64,000 nucleotides of DNA from the NCBI GenBank assembly GCA_050916045.1, contig CP051526.1, positions 608,001 through 672,000 of the forward strand, in the 5' to 3' direction. Made by a program: the position numbers and the translations under genes. The notes under the pieces are model-generated. The model ran no database searches. It was not told the DNA's origin and worked only from the letters and a program-made list of their open reading frames with translations. Origin of the DNA: Tepidisphaera sp. (GTDB taxonomy: Bacteria > Planctomycetota > Phycisphaerae > Phycisphaerales > UBA1924). Below are positions 1-10,080 of this stretch, piece by piece (position 1 is the first letter of the stretch; each line of letters begins with the position of its first letter).

Positions 1-5
1 TCGCC

Positions 6-1388
6 ATGCTCCGCTCCCGGATCGAGATCGCGCCCGTCGATCGCCTTCGCCGGCTGGTCGAGGTCCTGACCGCAGAAATGGGCAAGCCCGAAGACGCCCG
101 CGCGATGGCGATCGCCCGGCTTAGCCCGCTCCCGCGCACGATTGACTCCTCCATCGCGCTCACCGATGCGCTCGTCGCGGCGGGGCGAGCATCCGAGGTG
201 GAAGCCGTGCTCGCGGATCTTCCGACGGACGTGCCGCTCACGGCTGAGCAGAAGCAGGGGTTCACGCGCGTCGTGGCCCAACTGATCGAAGCCGACATGG
301 ACGCGGTGATCGCGGGCAAGCCGCCCAGCTCGGCCTCGGTGATCGCCAGGCTCGCGGGGCTTGGCATCGAGCCCGGGCCCGCCGTGCGCGAGTCGGCGCT
401 GATCATCCTCTCGGTCTCGGAGCCGCCGGACCTCGCACGCATCGGCACCGAGTTCGAAGCATTCACCGAGGGGCAGGTGGCGAAGGAACGACTCGCGATC
501 GCCCGGCTTCTCCAGAAGCTGCTGGCCTCGAAAAAGCCCTCTTCGGTTCTCGCGCTGGTCGAGGGTGTCTGCACGCACAAGATCAGCAAGGGCGTCGAGC
601 CCGAGGATGAGCTTCTCCGCATCCTCTGCGTCTCCGTCGGCCAGTTCGGAGCCGGCGCCGACCTCCGGCGGCTCCTCCCGATCGTCACCAAGCCCGGCCG
701 CGTCGGTCGCATTCTGGACACGATGGCTCTTGATGCCGAGCCCGTGCCGCCCCCGCCCAAACAGGCCGGAATGCTCGCGTACCGCATCGCGGGGATCGCC
801 TCCAGCAAGGAGCGGTACACGCAAGCGGCGGAGCTTTACGAGATCTCGCTCGAACTCGACCCCGACCACGCGATCGCGATGAACGACTACGGGTACATGC
901 TTCTCGAGCACGCGCCGGTCGACACCGCCGAACGCCGCGACAAGATCGAGAAGCTCCTCGAGAAGGCCTATCAGGCCGACCCGACGAGCTACAACATCGT
1001 CGATTCCCTCGGCTGGCTCCGGTACCTCCAGGGCCGCCTTGAGGACGATGCGAACAAGGGGGCCATCGAGGGCGCGGGAGCACTTTCGCTTCTTCGCCGC
1101 GCGTTCGAGCTTCAGCAGCGCGAGGAGGATTTCTCGCTTGATCCCTTCATCGTCGACCACCTCGGCGATGCCCTCTGGGTTTCGGGCGACAAGGAGAAAG
1201 CCGCCGCGTGCTGGCAGCAGGCCGAGACCAAAGCGACGACGCTGATGCGGGCCCGCGCGGATAACCTCGCCGACGACGGGTACGGCAAGATGCTCAAGAA
1301 GGCGCTCGAAACCGCCGCGGCCAAGCGCACGGCCGCAAGGGAAGGCAAGGAGCCCGCGATCGCACCGCGGTGGTCCCCGATCAAGTGA
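6..1388 (+). CDS. TPR-repeat protein (probably 5'-truncated by the window edge)
   Basis: C-terminal TPR-like helices (AMNDYGYMLL, IVDSLGWLRYLQG, IVDHLGDALW); frame is open to the window start. Confidence 0.75.
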   Translation: MLRSRIEIAPVDRLRRLVEVLTAEMGKPEDARAMAIARLSPLPRTIDSSIALTDALVAAGRASEVEAVLADLPTDVPLTAEQKQGFTRVVAQLIEADMDAVIAGKPPSSASVIARLAGLGIEPGPAVRESALIILSVSEPPDLARIGTEFEAFTEGQVAKERLAIARLLQKLLASKKPSSVLALVEGVCTHKISKGVEPEDELLRILCVSVGQFGAGADLRRLLPIVTKPGRVGRILDTMALDAEPVPPPPKQAGMLAYRIAGIASSKERYTQAAELYEISLELDPDHAIAMNDYGYMLLEHAPVDTAERRDKIEKLLEKAYQADPTSYNIVDSLGWLRYLQGRLEDDANKGAIEGAGALSLLRRAFELQQREEDFSLDPFIVDHLGDALWVSGDKEKAAACWQQAETKATTLMRARADNLADDGYGKMLKKALETAAAKRTAAREGKEPAIAPRWSPIK

Positions 1389-1401
1389 CGGAGGTTCTGC
1401 G

Positions 1402-2142
1402 TTGGCCGGCCACAATAAATGGAGCAAAATCAAGCACCGCAAAGCCGTCGTCGACAAGCGTCGCGGCAAGGTGTGGACCAAGGTCGCCAAAGCCATGATG
1501 GTCGCCGCTCGCCACGGCGGGCCCGACCCCGCTTTCAACCTCTCGCTCCGCTACGCCATCGACGAAGCCCGATACGCCAACATGCCCCGCGACGTCATCG
1601 AACGCGCGATCAAGAAGGGCGCCGGCGGCGACGACCAAAGCCACTTTGAGACCATCCGCTACGAGGGCTACGCCCCCGGCGGCATCGCGATCGTCGTCGA
1701 CGCCCTCACCGACAACAAAGCACGCACCGCAGGCGACGTCCGCAACGCGTTCGCGAAAGCCGGCGGCAACCTCGGCACCTCGGGCTGCGTCGGATATATG
1801 TTCGCTCAGAAGGGCACGATCGTCGTCAAGCCTGAGGGCGTCGACGGTGAGAAGCTCTTCGCGCTCGCGGTCGAAGCCGGTGCGGACGACGTTCAGGAGC
1901 CCCCGCCCGCGGATGACGACGAACGCGGCCCGTGGATCGTGCTCACGGACATCCCGAGCTTTCTCAAGGTGAAAGATTCGATCGAAACCGCGAAGTACAC
2001 CATCGAGGGCGCCGCGATCGAGATGATTCCAGGCGACAAGGTCGCAGTCCCCGAGCAGCACGCGGAAGCCCTCGCGGGCCTGATCGAAGAGCTCGAAGAG
2101 CTCGACGACGTGCAGAAGGTCTACACCAACGCGGAGGATTGA
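1402..2142 (+). CDS. yebC: YebC/PmpR family protein
   Basis: MAGHNKWSKIKHRK, YEGYAPGG, TDNKART and DDVQKVYTN signatures; TTG start. Confidence 0.95.
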   Translation: MAGHNKWSKIKHRKAVVDKRRGKVWTKVAKAMMVAARHGGPDPAFNLSLRYAIDEARYANMPRDVIERAIKKGAGGDDQSHFETIRYEGYAPGGIAIVVDALTDNKARTAGDVRNAFAKAGGNLGTSGCVGYMFAQKGTIVVKPEGVDGEKLFALAVEAGADDVQEPPPADDDERGPWIVLTDIPSFLKVKDSIETAKYTIEGAAIEMIPGDKVAVPEQHAEALAGLIEELEELDDVQKVYTNAED

Positions 2143-2876
2143 GCCGGCTTGGCCGCCGCCGGTCCCGGTCCGCATTCGGGGCACAGCCCATCCGCCAGTC
2201 CGCTCAAGCTGTACCCGCAACCGATGCACCGATTTCCGGCCGCGCGATGGCGGCGAATCCACCAGCTCGCGAGCACCGGGCCCGAGATCGGAATCGAGAG
2301 GATCAGCGTCGACGAGGCGAAGCCCGCCCACGCCGGCTTCGTGGGAAGGTACTTGGGAAACGCCAATCGCGTTCCGGGCGGAGTTGGAATCCTGATGCCT
2401 TCAACACGTCGCAGTTCAGGCTCGTGATGGGTGGTCGCGATCGACCTCCCGACAAGCGTCGTCCAAGGCCAGCCGCAGCCGCGCTCCTCGATGATCAAGG
2501 ATGTTCCATTGTTCGCCGTATCCCTATTCCAATCGCCTTCGAGCGGAGTTGCGAGGGACCAGCTCGGAAGATGCTCCTGGTTCAAGTCGAGCGTCGCTCC
2601 CTGGGGAAGTTTGAGGCTGCTTCCAGGCCACGGATAGAAGAGCACCCGGTGCACGCCGAACGACAGACGGATGCTGTTGAATCCGATGATGTCCCCTTGA
2701 TACATCGCGGGCCCGTTGCGAGCGCTCGTTCCCGCACGGGGGAATTCCGGCGAGAACCATGCGCACGCCCAGGCGATGGCGACCGTCAGCAACGCTCCCG
2801 CCGCCAGCGAAACAAGCAGCCATCGCACCAAGCCGCGTGGACGCGTATTTCGAAGTTGCGGAGGAACGTCGGGCAT
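2121..2876 (-). CDS. Membrane protein with C-terminal zinc ribbon
   Basis: N-terminal TM helix; second TM helix followed by RRHR and CIGCGYSLSGLADGLCPECG; start chosen at MPDVPP. Confidence 0.7.
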   Translation of the reverse strand: MPDVPPQLRNTRPRGLVRWLLVSLAAGALLTVAIAWACAWFSPEFPRAGTSARNGPAMYQGDIIGFNSIRLSFGVHRVLFYPWPGSSLKLPQGATLDLNQEHLPSWSLATPLEGDWNRDTANNGTSLIIEERGCGWPWTTLVGRSIATTHHEPELRRVEGIRIPTPPGTRLAFPKYLPTKPAWAGFASSTLILSIPISGPVLASWWIRRHRAAGNRCIGCGYSLSGLADGLCPECGPGPAAAKPAQSSALV

Positions 2877-2881
2877 CCGTC

Positions 2882-4018
2882 TCACCGTTCCTTCGTCGTC
2901 TTCTCGTCGAAGGCCTTCAGAGCTTCCTCGCACGTCTTGACCATGTCCGACTGCTTCAGATCCTGCGCGGCTTTGAGCGCCGCTTTCCACTCGATCGCGG
3001 CGTTCTCCGCTTTCGCGATCGCGACGCACGCTTTCACGTATTCCTTGTTGTCGCCGCACGCCCAGTAGCAGTTGAGCGCGATCCGCCGGGCTTTCCTGCG
3101 GTCCTTGTGATACTGCGATTTCTCGTCGGTCGCGGTGGCGATGGGCATGAGCGTCTGGGCGGCTTCGACGAAGAGGCGGCATTCCATCAGGCTCGCCGCG
3201 AGCCAGAACCGATGCTCGGGCGTGTTGGGCGTGTCGTGAAGCTCGACGACGCGCCGCCAGAGCTTGGACGCTTCCTCGTGAGCGCCGATCGCGGTCGCTT
3301 TCGCGGCGGCGTCGCGGAGGACGCTCAGTTCCTTGCCCTTGAGCGCATCGGCGGTCGCGAAGATCGGCTCGGCGATCGAGATGCCGTTGGGCTCGATGAC
3401 CTGGTTCTTTCCGTCGACGTGCACGAGCACGGTGTAGCCCGGCCGGATGAACCCGGCGTTGTGGCCCAGGCCGCCGGTGTCGCCCGGCCTGGGCTCGCGG
3501 ATGTTCCACGTGATGCTGATCGTGTCGCCGGTCTTGAGTTTGTCCTGCTCGGTCAGGCGCGACTGCTCGAGGGCTTTTTCGAGCTTCTCGCGTTCGGCGG
3601 CTTTCTGTTTCTCGGCTTCGGACTGAGCTTCCTCTTCCTTCGTGCGTTCTTTGAGCTTGTCGTCCTTGAGGCTTGGGGTCTTGGACTTCTCGGCGGCTTT
3701 CTGCTTGGCCTGCTCGCGTGCTTTCCGCCGGTCGTCGGCAGCTTTGCGCCGGTCCTTGGGGGTCTGCTCCACCTTGTGGATTCGGAGGTCCGCTTTCCCC
3801 ACGGTGTCGCGGCCGTGCTTGGTCGTCCAGACCTCGGTGACGGTCGCGACCACCACCAGCGAAGCGTCGTCGCGAAGGTCCTGAGCGGAGAGGGGCTCGG
3901 CGGCGGTCAGCGGCGCGGGGCCGTTCAGCGCGGACGCGGGCGAAGCCGCGCCGGCGAACGCGGCGACAAACAGCAGAGCGGACCCCAGACGCGAGCGGAA
4001 ATCGGTACCAAGACGCAT
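2882..4018 (-). CDS. Secreted hypothetical protein with charged linker and TPR-like C-terminus
   Basis: AGGAGG upstream of ATG 4018; signal peptide (ALLFVAAFAGAASPASA); K/E-rich linker; helical C-terminus. Confidence 0.7.
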   Translation of the reverse strand: MRLGTDFRSRLGSALLFVAAFAGAASPASALNGPAPLTAAEPLSAQDLRDDASLVVVATVTEVWTTKHGRDTVGKADLRIHKVEQTPKDRRKAADDRRKAREQAKQKAAEKSKTPSLKDDKLKERTKEEEAQSEAEKQKAAEREKLEKALEQSRLTEQDKLKTGDTISITWNIREPRPGDTGGLGHNAGFIRPGYTVLVHVDGKNQVIEPNGISIAEPIFATADALKGKELSVLRDAAAKATAIGAHEEASKLWRRVVELHDTPNTPEHRFWLAASLMECRLFVEAAQTLMPIATATDEKSQYHKDRRKARRIALNCYWACGDNKEYVKACVAIAKAENAAIEWKAALKAAQDLKQSDMVKTCEEALKAFDEKTTKER

Positions 4019-4073
4019 GCGAAGCCTCCTTGAGCTCGCAGGAGGGTACACGGGTCTGCGAGGCGCAACAAGA

Positions 4074-4099
4074 AAGCCCGCGGCGAGGGCCGCGGGCTT
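4074..4099 (-). terminator. Intrinsic terminator after gap
   Basis: Perfect 10-bp stem AAGCCCGCGG/CCGCGGGCTT, followed by a T-rich run on the minus strand, 27 bp past the gap stop. Confidence 0.7.
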
Positions 4100-4126
4100 G
4101 TTCAGTGGCTCAGGATACGGGTTCGC

Positions 4127-5167
4127 TTACTTCACGCCGTCTTTGCTCGCGATGTACCGGATGAGGTCGACGCAGCGGGCGGCGTACCCGGCTTCGTTGT
4201 CGTACCAGCTGACGACCTTGAAGAACCGCTTGTTGAGCTCGATGCACGCGCCCGAGTCGTAGATGCTGCTGCGGCGGTCGCCGATGAAGTCGCTGCTGAC
4301 GACCTCTTCGTCGGTGTAGCCGAGGATGCCCTTCATCGAGCCTTCGCTGGCGGCTTTCACCGCGGCGTGGATGTCGGCGAGGGTCGTGTCCTTCGCGGTG
4401 CGGAAGGTGAGGTCGACGCAGGACACGTCGGCCGTGGGGACGCGGAAGGACATGCCGGTGAGCTTGCCCTTGAGCGCGGGGATCGCGAGGGCGACGGCTT
4501 TGGCCGCGCCGGTGGAAGCCGGGATGATGTTCTGGTACGCGTTGCGGCCGCCGCGCCAGTCCTTCTTGGAGGGGCCGTCCTGGGTCGGCTGGGTCGCGGT
4601 GACGGCGTGGACCGTCGTCATGAGGCCCTCATCGAGGCCGAAGGTGTCGTTGATCACCTTGGCGACGGGAGCGAGGCAGTTGGTCGTGCACGAAGCGTTG
4701 CTGACGACCGTGTGCTTGGAGCCGTCGAAGTTCTCGTGGTTGACGCCCATGACGAGCGTGGGCACCTGGGCCGCGTCGCTCTTGGTCGGAGCGGAGATGA
4801 TGGTGCGCTTGGCGCCGGCGGACACGTGAAGGTTGGCTTTCTCGAACTCGGTGAAGAGACCGGTCGACTCGAGGACGTAGTGGACGCCCAGGTCCTTCCA
4901 CGGGAGCTTGCCGGGGTCCTTCTCGGCCATGGTCTTGGTGGTCTTGCCGTTGACGGTGAAGCTCGTCTCGGTGGCGGAGGTCGTCACCGGCTTGCCGCCG
5001 AGGGTGTAGACGCGGTGCATCGTGTCGTGGCGGAGGAGGTACGCGAGGTTGTCGGCGGGGACGAGGTCGTTGACGGCGACGATCTCGATGTTGGTGTCCT
5101 CGGACGCGATGCGGTAGAAGAGGCGGCCGATGCGTCCGAACCCGTTGATGCCGATGCGGATGGTCAT
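4127..5167 (-). CDS. gap: Type I glyceraldehyde-3-phosphate dehydrogenase
   Basis: GINGFGRIG, catalytic [16 protein letters not shown]. Confidence 0.97.
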   Translation of the reverse strand: MTIRIGINGFGRIGRLFYRIASEDTNIEIVAVNDLVPADNLAYLLRHDTMHRVYTLGGKPVTTSATETSFTVNGKTTKTMAEKDPGKLPWKDLGVHYVLESTGLFTEFEKANLHVSAGAKRTIISAPTKSDAAQVPTLVMGVNHENFDGSKHTVVSNASCTTNCLAPVAKVINDTFGLDEGLMTTVHAVTATQPTQDGPSKKDWRGGRNAYQNIIPASTGAAKAVALAIPALKGKLTGMSFRVPTADVSCVDLTFRTAKDTTLADIHAAVKAASEGSMKGILGYTDEEVVSSDFIGDRRSSIYDSGACIELNKRFFKVVSWYDNEAGYAARCVDLIRYIASKDGVK

Positions 5168-5506
5168 GGGGACGATTCCTTGCGGGAGGCGAAAAAGACG
5201 GAAAGCGGCGGGCACGCAACCCGACGCGATGGATGATAGGAGGGCGGCGGGATTTGGCCATCCTCGTGGAAGACCGAAACGGCTCTTGAAACCGTTTGAG
5301 GCGAGGATTTCAGGTGTCCTTTCCCGCATTTCCGCCCGCAAAGGAGGACTTTCCGATCAACGCACGGGAGTTGTTCGCACGGCATGGGGTGGGAACCCGT
5401 CACACTTCGGCGAGCTTGAAGGCCGCCGCCGACAAGCCCCGCCACCATGCGCGCCAGGGGACTTTCGCTCCGAGGACGAACGCCGGTTACCCCGTAGAAT
5501 CGTCAC

Positions 5507-6022
5507 ATGGCGGCTGGTCGTGCGCGAAAGCGGATCGGTTTTGCGGTCATCACCCTGAGTGTGGCCGCTCTTGCCATCGTCGTCGTCTCTCGATGGGTGG
5601 AGTTGCTGCGGATCAGCCCGGTGCCCGGCTGGCGGGCGGCGATCAGCGGTGGCGAGGTGCAGGTGGCCTATTGGCACTCGATGGGAACGCCCCGGGTTGC
5701 GCGTCCGCCTGGCTGGCACCTCGACTGGCGCAAACCTCCCAGAGGTCCGGGGCTGATCTCTACCGAAAAGGGGTCGATCCTGGGCGTCGTCGAGATCCGG
5801 CGACCCAACGGGTTTGGCCTTAGGGGCACGATCGTCACGGTCTATCCGGCGCTCCCCGCGGCGGCCGGGCTCGTCGCGGGCGCCGCGGCTTTGTGGTCGG
5901 CACGCAGGGCGGTGCAGCGATCGGGAGCGTGCTCTTCGTGCGGGTACGCGCTCGACGGACTTCCTGCGGGATCCGCTTGTCCCGAATGCGGCGGCCTCGG
6001 CGATCAGCGTCCGGCCCACTGA
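5507..6022 (+). CDS. Membrane protein with C-terminal zinc ribbon
   Basis: Two TM segments, then RRAVQR and CSSCGYALDGLPAGSACPECG; TAGAAT 6 nt before ATG. Confidence 0.7.
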   Translation: MAAGRARKRIGFAVITLSVAALAIVVVSRWVELLRISPVPGWRAAISGGEVQVAYWHSMGTPRVARPPGWHLDWRKPPRGPGLISTEKGSILGVVEIRRPNGFGLRGTIVTVYPALPAAAGLVAGAAALWSARRAVQRSGACSSCGYALDGLPAGSACPECGGLGDQRPAH

Positions 6023-6861
6023 TCGATCGCTTCCCCCATCGCGTCGGTCGTCGCCCGGATCGTCGTCGCCGTCAGGTGCGTCAGCGGATCGTCGATCAGC
6101 GCCACCGGCACCGTCGGCAATTCGGCGACAGGCTTCGCTTTGCCCGCTGGTTCGCCCGCTTTGCGGGGCAGGATCAGCAGGATCGCATCGGGCGCGATCC
6201 GCTTGAGATCCTCCGCATCAAGCGTGATGTACGCCGCGCCGCTCGTGATCGCGGGTGTCGCTCCCAGCGAAACCAGAATATCGTGGTGCACCGAACCCGG
6301 GCCCAAAGCCGCCGGCGGTGACAATCCCGCAAGCAGCAGCACACGCCCCGCCCGCTCCGCTCCAGGCCGGGGCCGCAGGGACGACTCCAGCGCCTTCTCC
6401 AACTCCGTGAGCCGTTCCGGCACCCCCGCACACCCCGCCGCTTCCGCGTCCGCCGCAAGCGACCGCGCCACGCCCACCACATCCGCGAGCGAAAGCGGGT
6501 TGTAGTCGCGGAGCGTCCATCCGCGGCTCTTCGCCATCTCGGTCAGCCTCGCCGGGACTCCCCCCGCTCCAAACTGCCCGATCACCAACGTCGGCTTTAC
6601 GCCCAACAGCCGCTCATAGTCCACATCCCCTACGCCATCGCCCACGATCGGCACCGACGCATCAAGCACCTGGTCCCACGCGTGCCGCCCCACGATCACC
6701 GGCCCTGCACCCAGATCCTTAAGCGTCGCCGCGAGCGCCGGGCTCAGCACCGCAAGCCTCGGTCCTGTCGACGCCGCCACCGGAGCTTTCCGCTCGCATC
6801 CCGCCGCCACTGAAACAAGCACAGCCGCGCACGCCGCGAGCATCCACCGCCGACGCATCAC
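6004..6861 (-). CDS. Helical-backbone metal/cobalamin ABC substrate-binding lipoprotein (BtuF-like)
   Basis: Lipobox AAGC; RLAVLSPA, DYERLLGVKPTLVI and EDLKRIAPDAIL resemble TroA/BtuF-family motifs. Confidence 0.7.
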   Translation of the reverse strand: MMRRRWMLAACAAVLVSVAAGCERKAPVAASTGPRLAVLSPALAATLKDLGAGPVIVGRHAWDQVLDASVPIVGDGVGDVDYERLLGVKPTLVIGQFGAGGVPARLTEMAKSRGWTLRDYNPLSLADVVGVARSLAADAEAAGCAGVPERLTELEKALESSLRPRPGAERAGRVLLLAGLSPPAALGPGSVHHDILVSLGATPAITSGAAYITLDAEDLKRIAPDAILLILPRKAGEPAGKAKPVAELPTVPVALIDDPLTHLTATTIRATTDAMGEAIDQWAGR

Positions 6862-8270
6862 CGGCCCCCGCTAAACGCCGCCGACACCGCGGCCTGAAGA
6901 GCTTGGATCGACCCGCGCTCGTGAAGCGGAAACGCCCACGTCCGATCGAGCGCGACCTTGGACTCCTTCGCTCGCGATTCAAGCGCAGAAACCTCGCGGG
7001 CCAGGCCCGCGAGCGCGCCCTGATGCTCGATCCGCACGCGAGACAAAAGCTCCTGAAGTGACGAGTACGCCCGGTACGAGTCCGCGCCGCGCTTCCGCAG
7101 GCCGCGGATCTCCTCGACAAGCTCTTCCTTCCGCCGCTGCGACCAACTGTCGCCGAGCGTCTGTGGCGTGTGCCTCGCGTGGTGAAGCGACCATCGCGCA
7201 CGAGCCAACGACTCCGGGCTTGGCGGCGGCGAATCCGAAAGCTTCGCCAGAAGCGTCCCCGTCGCCACCACCGCGGGCGCAAGCTTCCACGAAAGCCACG
7301 CCCCCAGCCACTCCTCCGCGATCACGTCGTACTTCCCGCCCCCCAGACCGTGAATGAAAAGCTCGCACCCCGCGTGCCGCATGAGGCCCGTCATCAGCAG
7401 CGCCCGCGGCGCAAGCTCACCCGTCGGTATCCCCGCGATCGTCGATGCCAAGACACGCCCGCGGGCCGCATCCGCACGCACCCGCCAGAGCGGCAGTTCT
7501 CCGCGAGCCGCGTTCAGCGGAGCCATCCCCGCGCCCGCGTGCCGCGCCACCGCCGCGTTGTACGCCGCGATGCACGCCGAGGGATCAGCCTTCATCCGCT
7601 CCACCACCTCGCCGAAAAGCTCAGTCCGGGCCATCCCCGTCGCCCGGGTCCACGTCACGCCCGCATCCATCGGCCCAAGAAGCTTCCGAGTCGTCCGGAT
7701 CACCTGCTCCGCCAGATCCGGAGCGTCGGCCGTATCCAGAAACGCATCGCGGATCGCCCCCAGCCCGCAAGCGACCGCGCCTGTCGCCGCCGGCTTGTCT
7801 CCCCAGCGAGGCTCAAGCTCTCGCGCGGAAAAAGCCGCTCGCGCCGCCACCGGCACATCCGTCTTTCGAGCATCCGAAGCCGAGATCCGCCACTCCGCCG
7901 CGACCAGCGTCTTGCCGCTCGACGGATATCGGATGATGCCCGGCTCGTTCGCGTCCTGATCGACCACCAGCCAAGCCGCCGCGGCTTTGCTCAATCGGGC
8001 CGCGTCCCCGAGCGCCAAAAGCTTGGTCAGAATCCCGGCGTGCCAGAGCTCCGCTTGATGCCCCGACATCACCACGCGCCCGGACGGCAAGCCCATCTGC
8101 TCGCGGAACCGCGGCGCCGACGCGGGCGCCTCAAAGCCCGAGACCAGCGCCGGCCACGAACCCGCTTGCGGCGACAGCATCACCTTCGGCGACCAGACGT
8201 CCGCCTCGTCCTGTCGAGCGGTGGGATCCCCCGCCTGCCCGGAACCGTGCTTCGTCATCGCGTGCGTCAC
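6858..8270 (-). CDS. Conserved hypothetical protein with BshC-like motifs
   Basis: VVMSGHQ..K..WLVVDQD and LFIHGLGGGKY, then a coiled coil; GTG start overlaps the upstream TGA; alternative start 8258. Confidence 0.6.
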   Translation of the reverse strand: MTHAMTKHGSGQAGDPTARQDEADVWSPKVMLSPQAGSWPALVSGFEAPASAPRFREQMGLPSGRVVMSGHQAELWHAGILTKLLALGDAARLSKAAAAWLVVDQDANEPGIIRYPSSGKTLVAAEWRISASDARKTDVPVAARAAFSARELEPRWGDKPAATGAVACGLGAIRDAFLDTADAPDLAEQVIRTTRKLLGPMDAGVTWTRATGMARTELFGEVVERMKADPSACIAAYNAAVARHAGAGMAPLNAARGELPLWRVRADAARGRVLASTIAGIPTGELAPRALLMTGLMRHAGCELFIHGLGGGKYDVIAEEWLGAWLSWKLAPAVVATGTLLAKLSDSPPPSPESLARARWSLHHARHTPQTLGDSWSQRRKEELVEEIRGLRKRGADSYRAYSSLQELLSRVRIEHQGALAGLAREVSALESRAKESKVALDRTWAFPLHERGSIQALQAAVSAAFSGGR

Positions 8271-9013
8271 AGGCAACAGTAGTTCGTCTCGCCACACCCC
8301 GAACGCGCCGCCACGCCCATGCGCTCGATCTCGGCTTCCATGACCGACCGGTAGTGCGCCAAGCGGCGCTCCGCGTCGTCCAGGTTGCCCCCGAACGTCC
8401 GCGTCGTGTCGTTGTAGATCCGCTTGACGGGTACCTCGCGGATTCCAAGGCCTAGCGCCGCCGCTTGCACCCAGAACTGCATCGGGAACGCGTACCCAGT
8501 CTCAGTCAGCGACATCCGATCCACGGCCGAGACGCGGTGGGCTTTGAACCCGCAGAAACTGTCCGTCAGCGACAGCCCGAACCTCCGGTTGATGTCGCGC
8601 GTCACGGTCTGGTTGATTCGCCTGCGGTCCGCCGGCGGCAGGTCATCCATCGGCGTGGGCACCAGGTACCTCGAACCGCTGATGATGTCCACGCCCGGCC
8701 CGGCCCGAAGGATCTCCGACACGAACATCGGGATCGCCGCAGGCTCATGCTGCTCATCGCAGTCCATCGTGAGCACCCAGTCGTAACCCTCGCGTGCCGC
8801 GAACGAGAAAGCGTCGATCAGCGAGCGGCCGTACCCCGCGTTCTTCGCGTGGCGAATCACCCGAACCGGAAACTCGCGCACGATGTCCGGCGTCGCGTCC
8901 GTCGAACCGTCATCAATCACCACCACGTCCGACGCGTACCGAAGCACGCTCGTGAGCACCGCGCGAGCGTACTTGGCTTCGTTGAACACCGGGATCGCCA
9001 CCAAGACCCGCAT
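8267..9013 (-). CDS. GT2 glycosyltransferase (polyprenol-phosphate glycosyltransferase-like)
   Basis: IPVFNE, IDDGSTD, NAGYG, DCD, SGSRY, DSFCGFK. Confidence 0.9.
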   Translation of the reverse strand: MRVLVAIPVFNEAKYARAVLTSVLRYASDVVVIDDGSTDATPDIVREFPVRVIRHAKNAGYGRSLIDAFSFAAREGYDWVLTMDCDEQHEPAAIPMFVSEILRAGPGVDIISGSRYLVPTPMDDLPPADRRRINQTVTRDINRRFGLSLTDSFCGFKAHRVSAVDRMSLTETGYAFPMQFWVQAAALGLGIREVPVKRIYNDTTRTFGGNLDDAERRLAHYRSVMEAEIERMGVAARSGCGETNYCCL

Positions 9014-9237
9014 GAGCGCCTCGTTCCTTCCGCGAACCGGCCCGTTCGGCCAGCCCGGTCTCGCTTCCACCACAGAAGCCCACCTACCGAGTATATCGAC
9101 CAACATCGATACGTTCTACCCCACGCTTCAGTTCGTGCAAAGACGCCGTTTGGATGCCGAATACCTGTTCAGGTCTCATCCGCCGCAGCATCCGCCCAGC
9201 CCAACGCACCCCCGCCGCCAAGCGTCAATGATCGTTC

Positions 9238-10050
9238 GTGCCGACCGTCATCGAGATTTCGGACCCCGAGGATCCCAGACTCGCCCCGTACCGCGACCTG
9301 AAAGACGCGCCCGGTCGTCCCGCCGCCGAGGGCCGGTTCATCGTCGAAGGCGAGATCGTCCTCCGCCAACTCGTCGCATCCCCGCTCGCGGTCGAATCGG
9401 TGCTCGCGACGCCGGGCAAGCTGGAATCACTCGGCGATCTGCTCGAGTCGCTCCCCGATGAGGCGGTCGTGTATCGCGCGACCAAGCCCGTCATCGACTC
9501 GATCGTCGGGTTCGCTTTCCATCGTGGAACCATCGCCGTCGGTCGGCGCGGAACGCCGCGGGATCTCGCATCGCTCGCCGATCAGGCTTCCACGCTCATC
9601 GTCCTTGAGGAAGTCTCCAACGTCGACAATCTCGGAGCGATCTTCCGAAGCGTCTCCGCGATCGCGCCCGCGGGCGCCGGCGTCGTGCTCAGCCCCGGGT
9701 GCGCCGACCCGCTGTACCGCAAAGCTCTGCGGGCTTCGATGGGCCACGTGCTCAACATTCCCTTTACGAGTATTTCGGGCGACGCTTGGCCGAACGCGAT
9801 CTTCTCGCTCGCGGACCGCGGATACCACCTCGTCGCCCTCACGCCCGCCGAGGGCTCGATCGACGTCGCCGCGTACTCACCCCCGCCGGACCGCAAGCTC
9901 GCCCTCCTGATCGGCGCCGAGGGGCCGGGACTCACCGCACGGGTTCTGGAGGGGTCGGGTTCGCGGGTCCGGATCGCGATGAGGCCCGGGGTGGACTCGC
10001 TGAATCTCGTCGTCGCGACCTCGATTGCGCTCCACCGGCTCTTTGGCTGA
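9238..10050 (+). CDS. TrmH/SpoU family RNA 2'-O-methyltransferase
   Basis: NVDNLGAIFRS, IGAEGPGL, VDSLN SPOUT motifs. Confidence 0.92.
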   Translation: MPTVIEISDPEDPRLAPYRDLKDAPGRPAAEGRFIVEGEIVLRQLVASPLAVESVLATPGKLESLGDLLESLPDEAVVYRATKPVIDSIVGFAFHRGTIAVGRRGTPRDLASLADQASTLIVLEEVSNVDNLGAIFRSVSAIAPAGAGVVLSPGCADPLYRKALRASMGHVLNIPFTSISGDAWPNAIFSLADRGYHLVALTPAEGSIDVAAYSPPPDRKLALLIGAEGPGLTARVLEGSGSRVRIAMRPGVDSLNLVVATSIALHRLFG

Positions 10051-10080
10051 AGCCCGGAACGCCCACTACCCTTTGGTCCG

